A stretch of 64,000 nucleotides of DNA, taken from contig JBHGNT010000017.1 in assembly GCA_043228905.1 (NCBI GenBank), positions 15,066,001-15,130,000 on the forward strand, in the 5' to 3' direction. The stretch is from Azolla caroliniana. Lineage: Eukaryota > Plantae > Polypodiophyta. The position numbers and the translations under genes are program-made. The notes under the pieces are model-generated. The model saw nothing but the letters and a program-made list of their open reading frames with translations, had not been told where the DNA came from and searched no databases. This document shows positions 23,502-35,679 of this stretch, piece after piece (within the stretch, counting starts at the first letter, position 1; each line of letters opens with the position of its first letter).

Positions 23502-26500
23502 TGTTACACTTGCGTGTTCCTCTAGTAGCTTTGATGTGAACCATTTTCCCTATACATGGGCACTTTTTACTCTAGTGCTGGCTAGAGGTTTTTTTTCCCA
23601 TGTTACCACATACATGAGTCACTCATAAGTGGTGGTACTTAGTACTTAGGGATATATATTTCCGCTCCTATTTTTTCAGGAATAATCATCAATAGAGAGC
23701 TATTCCAGCCATTGCCTTCCTTGTGTGAGTGCTTCTTTCTTTGAGCTTCTTGTGTGTTTCCCACTCTTCCTCACATACCCAACAGTGGTATCAGAGCCAA
23801 GTTCTTCATCCTCTCCATCTTCGGTTGTCCGCATCGCGGTGTCGCGGCGCGCGCGCACTTTTCATTGTGCAAATCAACTTCCGAATATAGAGAAGTGTAT
23901 TTCAGCACTTGGAGCGCATTTTCAGCAGGTACCCTGCTGTTTTACCCCCATTTCGAAGCCGTTCGTGTAGTCGAAATCGTCATCCGAGTGATAGTTTGTG
24001 AGCTGCATTTTCAGCACTCATTTCCGATTTGTTGAGGTAATATTTTACCACTTTCTTGTTCTTTGGTAAAATGGCAAACAATGGTGATTTGTTTGGCATG
24101 CTTCAAGCTGAAGATAAGCTTGATGGGACAAACTATCCAATGTGGTCCTACATGATGAAACACTTTCTTGTTGCCAAACAACTATGGAACATAGTGGTAG
24201 ATGTAGATCGACGCCCCGCCGGTCCTACTACTTCACAGTCTACTATCACAGATACAGGTTCATCTTTGAGCACAGTGACTTCATCTACTCCACCAACACA
24301 AGAGCAACTTAGATGGGATGGAAAAGATGCTCAAGCTCATGCATTGATTGCACTTTCTGTGAAGCGTCATATAGTTCCACATATTCGGTCATGCTCTACG
24401 TCCAAACAAGCATGGGACACTCTTGCTTCGTTGTATGCCGTGCGTAACGAAGCACGTGTTGCATATTTGAGAAAGCAACTTGAGGATGTATATATGGCTG
24501 AAAATGAGTCGGTAGATGTGTATGTGACACGCATTAAAGATTTGAAAGAGCAATTGGCAAACATTGATGAGATCATTTCGAATACATCACTTGTCTCTAC
24601 GTTGTTGAAAGGATTACCCGAATCTTTTCAAAGCTTTGCTACTACTATTCGTTTGGTTGCAAAAGGGAATACGGATATGTACGCATTTGATGAGGTTGTG
24701 TCTCTTCTTTTGCAAGAAGAACAATCTAGAGTGAATAGAAGTGGTTTGATAGAGGGAACACAAACACTTGCTATCTCACAAAAAGGAAAAGGCAAGCATG
24801 GTTCAGCTTTTGGTTCTTCAAAACCAAAGCCTCAACCTCCCTCTTTCACTTATTCCTCTAATGATGGTGATTTGCAAAAGAAGAAAAGATGCAAATATTG
24901 TCGAAAGGTTGGCCATACGATTGAAGAATGTAGAAAGCTTGTTAAGCGCAATGAGAAGAAGAAGGAATCCGGCATGACCATTTCTGAAAATGTTTCAAGT
25001 GCAAAGAGTGATGAGGCCAACATGGCTCAAGATTATTGGGCATGTGTTGTTACATATCATTATGATGCATCATTGCACTCTAAATGTATGGTTGTAAGTG
25101 AGATTGATTCGGATTGGTTCTTTGATAGTGGTGCTTCAAAGCACATTACTTCATGCAAAAGTTTTTTTGCATCCTTGAAAGATGCACCCAAAGGTGGACA
25201 TGTGGTGTGTGCAAACAATGCCTCTTATCCTATCATTGGAGTAGGAGAAATTGAGCTTTCCGCTGCAAATGGAGGTGTTGTCATCTTAAAGAATGTATTG
25301 TATGTGCCCGGTATCAAGAAGAACTTAATTTCGGTTCCTTTGATTGACAAAGCCGGACTTCATGTACATTTTGTTGATGATAAGTGCATGGTTCACGATT
25401 ATAGCAATGGTGATGTTATCGTGATGTCCGGTACATTATGCAATGGCTTGTACCGTTTAGATACATACAAGAGGGCTTCTCTAAATGCCTTGGCTGTACA
25501 TACTTCTTCCATGGCTGAAATGGAGCTTTGGCATGCTCGTTTTGGTCACTTGAACTTCAATAGTTTGCTTCACTTGCAAAAGAAGGATATGGTTATTGGG
25601 TTGCCTACACTTGAGTCCATTGAAAAACATGCATGTGAAGGTTGCATTCTTGGAAAAATGCATCGTGCTTCTTTTCCAAAAGATAGTCATACACACACTA
25701 CAAGAAAATTACAACTTGTTCATAGTGATGTGTGTGGTCCTGTAAAGACTCCATCTTTTGGAAAGCATGTATATTTTGTTACCTTCATTGATGATGCTAC
25801 TCGTCATACATGGGTGTATCCTATGAAAGCAAAGAATGAAGTCTTTTCTTGCTTCAAATCATTTTTAGCTATGGCTGAAAATTTTTCCGCAAATAAGCTC
25901 TTGACTCTACGCACGGATCGTGGTGGCGAATATATGTCACATGAGTTTAATGCTTTTCTTTGTGAAAGAGGTATTTTACATCAATGTACGGTGCCATATA
26001 CACCTCAACAAAATGGTGTTGCAGAACGCAAAAATAGAACACTCTTAGAGATGGCACGATGTATGGTTAAAGGAAAGCATCTTCCTAACAAGTTTTGGAT
26101 GGAAGCGGTTATGTGTGCAAATTATGTGTTGAATCGTTGCCCTACAAAAGCGTTGAGAGTCATTACGCCATATGAGGCTTGGAATGGACATAAACCTATG
26201 GTTAGTCATATGCGTGTGTTCGGTTGTTTGGCATATGCTCTTGTGCCATCACAACAACGTCACAAACTTGATGACAAGGCAAAGAAATGCATATTTGTTG
26301 GTTATAGTGCGGAAAGTAAGGGATATCGTTTGTATCATCCATTGACGGACACAATTATTGTGAGTCGAGATGTGGTATTTGCTGAAAATTCAGCTTTCCC
26401 TTTTCTTGAATGCAAAAAACAACCAACAGTTAGCTCACAAGATGTGTTTGATACACTCATGCCTTTGTTCCAAAGTGTTGCGCTTGACCATGGACATGTA

Positions 26501-28671
26501 GACCAGCCAAGTGAGTCTCAAAGGGATAAAAATTTCCAGCAAATAAGTGTTGAAAATGCACGAAATGTCCAACCAAATGTGGCTGAAAATGAGCATGAAA
26601 TTCAGCCCACGCATGATGTACATATTGAAGATGTATTACATAATGAACGTATGGCTATCGAGAGGTCACAAACTATGCCGAGGTGGCTGAAACAAACTTT
26701 GCAAGATAGCAAATTGAGTGCACCTTTACTTGGTAAAACAAGATCAAGCTCTCGCCATGCATCAGGTAATTTTGTGGATTATTCTATTGTTGCAATAGCA
26801 TGTAATGAGGAGCCACTTACTTTTGAAGATGCATGTGATGATCCACATTGGATGAGTGCTATGCAATCAGAAATGGATTCCATTCATAAAAATGGTACTT
26901 GGGAGTTATGTGAATTGCCAAAAGGAAAGAATGTGATTGGTACTAGGTGGGTTTACAAGATTAAACGAAAGCCCGATGGTAGTATTGATCGCTACAAAGC
27001 TAGATTGGTTGCCAAAGGATATGCCCAACAATATGGCATTGATTATGAGGAAACTTTTGCACCTACTTCACGCATGACTACCATTCGTACCGTGGTTGCA
27101 TTGGCTGCCCAAAGAGGTTGGAAAATGCATCAATTGGACATAAAAACAGCCTTTTTAAATGGTGATTTGCAAGAAGAGGTTTATGTGAAGCAACCTCCTG
27201 GATTTGCTACGAAAGAGAAAGAGCATATGGTTTGTCGCTTGCATAAGGCCTTGTATGGTCTCAAGCAAGCTCCGCGTGCATGGTATGAAAAAATCCATAA
27301 GCACTTGATTTCTCTTGGCTTCACATGTAGTCCGATTGAAAGCACACTTTATGTACGCAAAGATGGGGTTGATCTTCTAGTGCTCGTTCTTTATGTTGAT
27401 GACATACTCTTGACTGGGTCATGTGATGCAAAACTCGATTTTCTTATGGCTGATTTGCAGCATACTTTTGAAGTCACTTATCTTGGTCTTTTGAGCTACT
27501 ATCTTGGCATCCAGTTTGTATCCGTTGAGGGGGGAATGTTTATGCATCAAGGAAAGTATGTTGAAAAACTACTTCAGCGTTTTGACTTTGAGGATTGCAA
27601 GCCGGTTTATACACATGTGGAGACAGGATTTAGGTTCTCTGTTGAGGATTCTAGTGATGCGTTTGATACTTCTCTTTATCAACAAGCTGTGGGATGTCTT
27701 ATATATGCATGCAATACAAGGCCGGATATACAGTATGCAGTCTCCCAATTGAGTCGATTCATGCATAACCCTGGCACTAAGCATTGGCAAGCAGTGAAAC
27801 GTGTGTTCAGATATCTTAGAGGCACTTTGAGCTTGGGTCTCTTTTATGGCAGAGATACTCAGCCATGCTTGCATGCTTTTACAGATAGTGATTGGGCTGG
27901 TTGTTATGATACTCGCGTGTCCACTAGTGGTAATTGCTTTTTCTTTGGAAACTCATGTATATCTTGGTTGAGTAAAAAGCAACCTACAGTGGCGACATCA
28001 AGTTGTGAAGCTGAGTACAGGGCAGTTTTCACAGCTACAATGGAGTGTATATGGCTAAGACGCCTTTTGATGGATCTTTGCATGGAGATTGAAGTTGCTA
28101 CACGTATTCTCACAGATAGTCAGAGTGCATTGGCTGTTGCACGAAATCCTGTATTTCATGCACGGACCAAACACATTGAGGTGCATTATCACTATGTGAG
28201 AGAGCGCTTTCATGCAGGAGATATTGATTTGGTATATGTGCCTACACAAGATAACGTGGCAGACATATTCACCAAAGCTCTTCCACGAGAAAAGTTTGAA
28301 GCTTTTCGCAAAGCTTTAGGCTTATTGCCTTGTGGGGGCTGATCTGTCACTCCTTGTACATGTTCACATCATTCGCTCCAGGGGGGTTTGTTACACTTGC
28401 GTGTTCCTCTAGTAGCTTTGATGTGAACCATTTTCCCTATACATGGGCACTTTTTACTCTAGTGCTGGCTAGAGGTTTTTTTTCCCATGTTACCACATAC
28501 ATGAGTCACTCATAAGTGGTGGTACTTAGTACTTAGGGATATATATTTCAGCTCCTATTTTTTCAGGAATAATCATCAATAGAGAGCTATTCCAGCCATT
28601 GCCTTCCTTGTGTGAGTGCTTCTTTCTTTGAGCTTCTTGTGTGTTTCCCACTCTTCCTCACATACCCAACA
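23502..28671 (+). mobile_element. Intact, very young Ty1/Copia element D inserted in the LTR of element E
   Basis: 283-bp LTRs at 23502-23784 and 28389-28671 with one difference seen. TSD GATTC at 23497-23501 and 28672-28676. PBS TGGTATCAGAGC at 23786-23797. PPT at about 28380-28386. Confidence 0.98.
24071..28342 (+). CDS. Uninterrupted Copia gag-pol polyprotein (~1423 aa)
   Basis: Single ORF with CKYCRKVGHTIEEC, WFFDSGAS, the integrase HHCC and DDE motifs, RT LYVDDIL, and RNase H (DSDWAG, ADIFTK). Confidence 0.97.
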   Translation: MANNGDLFGMLQAEDKLDGTNYPMWSYMMKHFLVAKQLWNIVVDVDRRPAGPTTSQSTITDTGSSLSTVTSSTPPTQEQLRWDGKDAQAHALIALSVKRHIVPHIRSCSTSKQAWDTLASLYAVRNEARVAYLRKQLEDVYMAENESVDVYVTRIKDLKEQLANIDEIISNTSLVSTLLKGLPESFQSFATTIRLVAKGNTDMYAFDEVVSLLLQEEQSRVNRSGLIEGTQTLAISQKGKGKHGSAFGSSKPKPQPPSFTYSSNDGDLQKKKRCKYCRKVGHTIEECRKLVKRNEKKKESGMTISENVSSAKSDEANMAQDYWACVVTYHYDASLHSKCMVVSEIDSDWFFDSGASKHITSCKSFFASLKDAPKGGHVVCANNASYPIIGVGEIELSAANGGVVILKNVLYVPGIKKNLISVPLIDKAGLHVHFVDDKCMVHDYSNGDVIVMSGTLCNGLYRLDTYKRASLNALAVHTSSMAEMELWHARFGHLNFNSLLHLQKKDMVIGLPTLESIEKHACEGCILGKMHRASFPKDSHTHTTRKLQLVHSDVCGPVKTPSFGKHVYFVTFIDDATRHTWVYPMKAKNEVFSCFKSFLAMAENFSANKLLTLRTDRGGEYMSHEFNAFLCERGILHQCTVPYTPQQNGVAERKNRTLLEMARCMVKGKHLPNKFWMEAVMCANYVLNRCPTKALRVITPYEAWNGHKPMVSHMRVFGCLAYALVPSQQRHKLDDKAKKCIFVGYSAESKGYRLYHPLTDTIIVSRDVVFAENSAFPFLECKKQPTVSSQDVFDTLMPLFQSVALDHGHVDQPSESQRDKNFQQISVENARNVQPNVAENEHEIQPTHDVHIEDVLHNERMAIERSQTMPRWLKQTLQDSKLSAPLLGKTRSSSRHASGNFVDYSIVAIACNEEPLTFEDACDDPHWMSAMQSEMDSIHKNGTWELCELPKGKNVIGTRWVYKIKRKPDGSIDRYKARLVAKGYAQQYGIDYEETFAPTSRMTTIRTVVALAAQRGWKMHQLDIKTAFLNGDLQEEVYVKQPPGFATKEKEHMVCRLHKALYGLKQAPRAWYEKIHKHLISLGFTCSPIESTLYVRKDGVDLLVLVLYVDDILLTGSCDAKLDFLMADLQHTFEVTYLGLLSYYLGIQFVSVEGGMFMHQGKYVEKLLQRFDFEDCKPVYTHVETGFRFSVEDSSDAFDTSLYQQAVGCLIYACNTRPDIQYAVSQLSRFMHNPGTKHWQAVKRVFRYLRGTLSLGLFYGRDTQPCLHAFTDSDWAGCYDTRVSTSGNCFFFGNSCISWLSKKQPTVATSSCEAEYRAVFTATMECIWLRRLLMDLCMEIEVATRILTDSQSALAVARNPVFHARTKHIEVHYHYVRERFHAGDIDLVYVPTQDNVADIFTKALPREKFEAFRKALGLLPCGG

Positions 28672-30880
28672 GATTCAACATTGTGTTACTCTAAACCGGT
28701 AACACTTTTGGCACGCCTAGTGGGACTGCAATAAACACAGAAGAACATAGGGGAATGGATGTCGTCTAGCCATTGAGGCAGCAAAGAGACAAACTGATGA
28801 GGTAAACCTTAGATTCGGGTAGAATCCCGACGGGCGACAAAACTCACCTTGGAAAGGTCACGCCTCACCAACGGCTTACCAGATCGCGACGACAGTGTGT
28901 TCGAGTCTGCGCTCACTGAGCAAAGCACAACTGGTCAAGAGGTCCTCTGCCTACTTCACCCGGTCATTGAGAGCACTAGTGGGAGTACTTTTGAGACCAA
29001 CAGAGCACGCCCACGACAATATCGGGCATTACACGTGTGACACCATGGCATGCTCATACCCACATTACAATGGTTAAACTGATACCGAGGCCCATGCGGG
29101 GTCTTTTCTCAACGTTTGGAATGCGAACCATGTCACACAACAACTACCTGAAGCCGAGGCCAATGCGTCCAAAAATCGCAGAGTTTGGGTTGACTCTTGA
29201 CAGATGAGTGGCGCGGTTGCAGTCCTAGCTCGACCTTACCACCTTCGCAACTTTTGACCAGCTTCACACGGTGTTCCTTCAGCTTTTTCACCAAAGTATT
29301 CCGCAACGCGAGATCATTGGTCAGTTCTATTCCCTTTGGTAGTTTAACTAGGAGTCCATCGCCGACTTCGTCATCCATTTCCAAAACCTCCATAGCCAAC
29401 TAACGCGGGCACCCATCGAGGAGAAAGCCTTGTGTAGACCCATATGAACGATGTCAAGCATGCTCGATTTCACGGCCTAGACAGCGAACACGGTCATCGA
29501 CCGGGTTCTTCGGTTGGAACTAGAGGATATAGAGGAAGGCATGTTCATGACATCCTTACGATAGGCATTACCACGAGATGACGAGTACCAGTTCCGACAG
29601 GCAATCCAATGATCCATCTGCCAAACCCGGGCCATTCGTTAGTCGATTGCAATATGCAGGTACATTGCCCCATTTGCCACTCCAGGGCACACAAAGTCAA
29701 TGAATGCGAGTATAACCACTTGAATCAACCCACGACACTGGTTCGGAGAATAGAACCACAACACAATGGTCGACAACCGAACGAGCGATTTCGCCAGGAC
29801 GAATGATATCGAACCATAGAGCGGAATCGTTACAATGATCGTATTCGCCAGGAAGACGACCATTCTTGGGACGAGGAAGATAGAGACGACGAGGACTTTC
29901 GTCAAAATGTCAACCTGTACAACAATTGAAATGGGAAACGCTAAGAGAATAGGCACCCCACGAATAATAAAGGTGAACAAACCGAACCACGGGCATATGG
30001 CGGCAATCGACAAGCGTGTAACTAGCAACCACACAACGACAATTCGAAGGAAGATTGATGCCGACCAAGCAACAACAACCAACGCGATTATCGCAGGAAA
30101 CCCCGGAACACGCAACACTGCCAATACCAACTGCGCCCTCATAATCAGCCGGAGTCACAACTCGAGCCAGTGACTCCACAAACAACAGAAAGAGGTGAGT
30201 CTAGTGTGCACTGTTTTATTTGCCAGTAACCAGGCATTACGCGACTCAGTGCCCGCGACGTGACAAGGTGAAGGGACCACCGGTCAACACGATCACTGCA
30301 AAGGTCCAACAGGTAACCACCCACAGCAAAACCAAGGCAGCTGAGTGGGAAGTCCAAGATGACATATGCAAAGTCGCAAAAATCTGGGTCGAAAAAACTA
30401 ACATCGCAAACGTCAACCGAATGCGCCAGGATCGAATAGCCAAAGCGTCGTCATCCAAAACGGAGGAAGCAGTGACTGATAATGACCCGATATGACAAGC
30501 CCTCGCTGATTGGTAGATCACGATGACAATGAATAAGCTATTAAACTTAGTTCGTAGATTTCGGCAAATAATGGAAGCACAAATGTGCAAGGCGGACCGG
30601 GTAATGATTCCCACAAATTTTGCCGAATCAACAACAGGACCAACAATGGTCAACCACAGTAACTCAGCCATTAAAGTTATTCTATAAGGGGAGGAAATTT
30701 AGGGGTGTATCATCGATGGCGGCTCTAGAGTCAACGTAATCGACAAAGCCACTTGCAACCGCTTGGGCATCACAAATTGGGAAGCGTGCCCATTCTATAC
30801 CCACTAGGTCTGGCCATTAGGGCTACTACACAAATTAAAAATAGTGGTCGGCACATGTTTGCAATATCAGTAGTGGTATT

Positions 30881-31150
30881 TGAAGAGAATATGCGGAATA
30901 ATCTTCGGCCACAACCGAGACTTAGATCACTTGATGATAATCAAACATAGTAAAAAATGAGAAATGGAAGTAAGTACACAAACAAAAGAGAATGCACAGG
31001 ATGTTAACGTGGAAAACCCTAAACGGGAAAAACCACGGGAGCCCACAGACTCTGAACTATCACTATGTGAGGAGAATACAACAGGGGAGCACAGAGGCAA
31101 CGACCTCGTGCTCACAATCTTCGCCTAGTGGCGGTTACAACAAAGACTCA

Positions 31151-31197
<47 letters not shown>

Positions 31198-31471
31198 CCT
31201 CTGCTACGCTCTATACAATAGTTACACACAATAACACTATATAACAAATAATGACAACCATAATGAACTACAACAACAACCTCTTGTTTGCCCTAGGTCA
31301 TATTTATACTAATATGACTTTCGGGCTATTTACAGATATGGCTACAATGAGCTAACAGAAACATATTTACATCTATGTCCCTTCATGCGGTGAGAGGTTC
31401 TCACCGGGTACTCATCATCCGGTTCTCATTGGGCCTTTATCATCCCATCCGGAGGGACCGAAATCCTAACA
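30881..31471 (-). repeat. Solo LTR related to the Copia C LTR
   Basis: TG…CA termini and TSD GTATT at 30876-30880 and 31472-31476. It shares motifs with 17557-18190 (cggccacaaccgag, gtggaaaaccct, catcccatccggagggaccg). Confidence 0.9.
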
Positions 31472-32109
31472 GTATTGGCCCTTGACGATTTGGGGGCATA
31501 CCCCTTACTAGTAGGATGTCCATGGTTGTGCTCGACAAACATCAAGTAAAATTGGGAGTACAACAACATTAGTTTTTGTCAAGGCCGAGCAAAGATTCGG
31601 GTGCCAACGCAGGAGAGCGCCCCACTGACAAAAGCCATGACTCTACTATATGCAAAAGAATTCCACATGCTAGAGGGATTAAACGATGAGGAATTGGAAA
31701 ATTATCTAGAAGAGAACCCTCGAATCGTCCCCTTGTTCGACATTGACGTCACGGAAACGACCGAGTCATAGACCACTCTTGTGACAAACGACAAAGAGGA
31801 TTGCAAACTAGATATGGAGGCACTCACGGAACTCCACAGGGCGTAGTATGCATTCGACCGAGAGATGGAGATATCTAGACACGCCACGACATTGGCACTA
31901 GAAGAAATCAATGTTGGAAGTTTCAACGTACTGCAACCTCTATCGATTCCGAAGGACTTATCTCCTTCCGAAAAGGCAGCCATGATCGATTTATTACATG
32001 AATATTAAGATGTGTTCACATGGTCCCACAAAGATATGAAAGGGCTGGATCCGAAATTCTACAAGTAGCAGATTAACCTTGCAATGGATGTGAAGCCTGT
32101 CCAACAACG

Positions 32110-34061
32110 ATATTCCACATAGACAAGACAAATAAGGATCCCAAAGTATATAAGGAGGGCCAAAATCTATTCAAGGTGACTTAAGCTAAACTAACCAAAT
32201 GATTGGGTGTGGCCTAACTACTTGTAAATGTTTTGGCCGACCAGATCCGGTGAGACGACAACCAGCGACCGAGACCGGGACCGGATGGTGACGGATAGGA
32301 TCGGATTGAATCGGTCGGTTGATTGCGGTGCATGGTGTTTTGAAGATTTTCGGTTTAAATACAAGACCAAAAGCCTAGTAGTATTTTGTGTTTTAAAAGG
32401 GATGTGAGCAAGGCTTGAACAATGAACTTACCACTAAGCCAAGTGATGACTTTAGAAATGTTTTTACTATCATTATACTTTCACATGTAAATTCTCATAC
32501 ATGAGAGCTTGAATAAGTGACATGGTTATCATGTAACACATGTAATACATGAGCGCCAAATGGCAAACATACATCTCATGCATGTCTTGCACCCTCACAA
32601 CCATCATATGCATGGGGACATCTATAAAAGAGTGGATGGAGAGGAAAAACGAGCTATGTTTTAATCAAGCAAGCTTTGTACTTTATATCAAAATTAATAT
32701 TAAGAAGAAAATTTGTTATCCAATTGATGATATATCTTGTTCCTCAAAACTAAAGTAAAGGGTTCAATCTTAATCTCTCTCTCTCCATTTCAATCTTTCT
32801 CAATCTAAAGTCAACCATCCTATCTATAAACGATTACTTGTGGAAGCGTTAGAAAACAGAGAAAGTAGAGAATACACAGAGTACACGGGAGAGACAGAGA
32901 GAGCAGAACGTAAAAACTATATTCAAAACAATATAATCACTCTGTACATACAACTATGCTCAGTAGCACTATTTATATAAGTCCTCGTGGGACTAACAAA
33001 AGTACCGCGTACTTCAATGCTCACACGAGCATCTGACACTTAGTACAAGACTATAACTGCGTAGTAGTCTAAACTAATACTAGGCTTCCAGTTACCGATT
33101 GGATGCGGCTAATCAGCTCCCCAGCTCTGTTGCTTGCCGGCTCGGTTGCTCACCGGCTTACCGATCCGTCTCGCTCACCGGCTCAGGCTTATCCAGCCGA
33201 TCCGGCTCCAGTTGAGCTTGCTGCTCAACACTCCCCTTCAAGCTCAACTTGAGGTTGGATCCTAGTGTCAGCCTCTATGGCAGTCGGTTCTTCCAACCGA
33301 CTTCTCCTGGCGTCGCTTCGCCTTGCTCACACTCCTCGTCCAGTCCGGTCCTGTTTGCCGCGACCCTTTTGGTTCTGCGCGCCTCAACCTTCTCAATCGG
33401 CATGTCTGCTCAATAGGCCCCTCTCAGCTCCTTTGCTACTATGACTCCTTGCCGATCCGCTAGTTCCTCCGTGATGGCATTGATTTCCGCTGCGTCCGTG
33501 TCTGCTTGGCCTCTAGTTGATTCGGTTCATCCGGATCCGTCTGTTGATCCGAATCAGAGAAAGTAGAGAATACACAGAGTACACGGGAGAGACAGAGATA
33601 GCAGGACGTAAAAACTATATTCAAAACATTATAATCACTCTGTACATACAACTATGCTCAGTAGCACTATTTATACAAGTCCTCGTGGGACTGACAAAAG
33701 TATCGCGTACTTCAATGCTCACACGAGCATCTGACACTTACTACGAGACTATAACTGCGTAGTAGTCTAAACTAATACTAGGCTTCCGGTTACCGATTGG
33801 ATCCGGCTAACCGGCTCCCCAACTCTGTTGCTTGCCGGCTCGGTTGCTCACCGGCTTACTCATCCGTCTCGCTCACCGGCTCAGGCTTATCCAGCCGATC
33901 CGGCTCCAGTTGAGCTTGCCACTCAACACTATCTTATCTCAATCTCTCTCTCTATCTTAAATACTTTCTCGCTAAAGCTACTGCAAACTTCGAATCCTTC
34001 TGGTCCAGAACCCCGGCGGTTTCGCCTCACGATCCGCACATAGTGATGGATCTTCACGACA
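32110..34061 (+). repeat. Degraded LTR-like insertion in the RT of element E
   Basis: RT coding stops after KPVQQR at about 32110 and resumes VKEEIDKL at about 34072. The insert has a TATA-like signal near 32622 and ends …cacgaca. The 5' end is unclear. Confidence 0.5.
32825..33928 (-). mobile_element. Miniature non-coding LTR element (deletion derivative of a Copia F-related family)
   Basis: LTR copies at 32825-33230 and ~33555-33928 (truncated). TSD CTATC at 32820-32824 and 33929-33933. PPT at 33231-33240. The ~320-bp interior is similar to 46150-46480. Confidence 0.9.
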
Positions 34062-34916
34062 ATGTATCTAGCGTCAAAGAGGAAATAGACAAACTTTAAA
34101 AAATCGGGTTCATCCGACCAGTGAAGCAGGCGACTTGGCTGAGTCCGACTATCGATGTGCCGAAGAAAAACGAGAAAATTCGAGTTTGTGTCAACTATAG
34201 AAAACTGAACATGGTGACGATAACCAACACATTTCCCTTACCATTCATGGATGGCATACTCGATACAGTCGCTGGACATGAGATGTACAATTTTTTAGAT
34301 GGCTTCAATAGCTACAATAAAATCCGTATGCACCTCGACGATCAGGAGAAGATGGTGTTCGTGATAAATTGGGGTGTATTCGTAGCCGTAGTGATGATGT
34401 TCGGGTTCAAAACGGCGCGACAACATTTCAATGCATCATCACAGAAAATTTCGGTGAATGCATATTTGCCTTTATGCAGGTTTTCCTCAACGATTTCAAG
34501 GTGTACGACGCGCACAATGAGCATCTACATCACCTATAGTTATGGTTTGACCGATGTCGATCAGCGCAGCTAAGCCTCAATCCGGCAAAATGCGCATTTG
34601 GCGTAACAAGTGGCGCTCTCCTTAGCCACATAGTAACCCGTGAAAGCATTGCGGTCGATCTAGGAAAGATCAAGGAAATCATTGAGCCACCAACCCCAAA
34701 AAACTCCAAGGCCCTGAGTTGTTTCCTCGGATAGAGCCTCTGGCACAGTCGGACGTTGTGATACTCGACTGACTTTGTGACATCGCTACATGCAGCAGTA
34801 CAATGAACGCCATTAAGATATACCAAGACAGAGGACAAGGCATACATTGCCTTAACGGTGATGCTAACAGAAGCACGGGGCATACAACCACTGGATTGGA
34901 CGCAACCGTTCCATGT

Positions 34917-35678
34917 TGTTGAGATACAAGCTCAGCATGGGCCAAATCGGCTGAAGAAGCCAAGGGCCGAGAGCTAGGATCTGAATCGAAGAAAGTTCGA
35001 TTCGGGTGGGCCGAGTCGGAAGAATTCCAAAAAGGCCATTGAGGGCCTATATTCCTATTATAGTACATAGGAATATTGTAGGCAGAATTAGTGCCAGGCT
35101 CATTTATGAGCATTCAAGTACTGACGGTACTTGTGTCCACCCACTCATCAGGGGCTTGTATAAAAAGTGCTCACTCAGCACAACATTTGTACTTAGTGTT
35201 TTACAGAGTGTTTATTATTGGAAATAGAAATTGTTGTTTGCTCTCTCTCTGTCTCTCTTTCTCTCACACCATTCTCTGTGTTTACCTATTGTCGAGTTTC
35301 TGAAACCAACTGTGTACTCAATGAGTGTCTATCGCACGCGCTTTTGCACACATATTCTTTCACATGGTATTAGAGCGTGAGGTTTGAGACTCCTACAACC
35401 GATAGAAAAGCAAGCGAACGAGAAAGAGACACAAGTTTTCTCACTTTTTCAGAAAAGAAAAGACAAGAACATGGACAGAGGAATGGGAAGCTCGCTTCTA
35501 ACCGAAAAGCTTGGTACGAGCAACTATGCATCTTAGTTGTACAAGATGCACCAGTACCTACTCAAGCACAGTTACTAGAGTTACGTCGAATGAGCTAATG
35601 ATGCTACACCTAAGTCGACACACAGATTTGTTGACCTAGGAACAGGCAGCAAGTAGAGTTCTCTACTGCTTTGCCTCG
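34917..35678 (+). mobile_element. 5' fragment of a Copia element (LTR, PBS, start of gag)
   Basis: LTR at 34917-35364 (TGTTG…CACA), PBS tggtattagagc at 35365-35376, and decayed gag (YKMHQYL…EQAASRVLYCFAS). Confidence 0.8.
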
Positions 35679-35679
35679 A

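Larger units (their letters stand above)
23139..34916 (+). mobile_element. Old non-chromovirus Ty3/Gypsy E (Tat/Athila-like), heavily decayed, hosting several insertions
   Basis: LTR ends …cggtaaca at 28704. PBS tggcacgcctagtgggact at 28709-28727 resembles a tRNA-Arg complement. Zinc knuckles (CPICHSRAHKVNEC), protease (IIDGGSRVNVI near 30710) and RT (PKKNEKIRVCVNYRKLN…FLDGF). The element is cut at PFHV near 34916. Confidence 0.8.
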
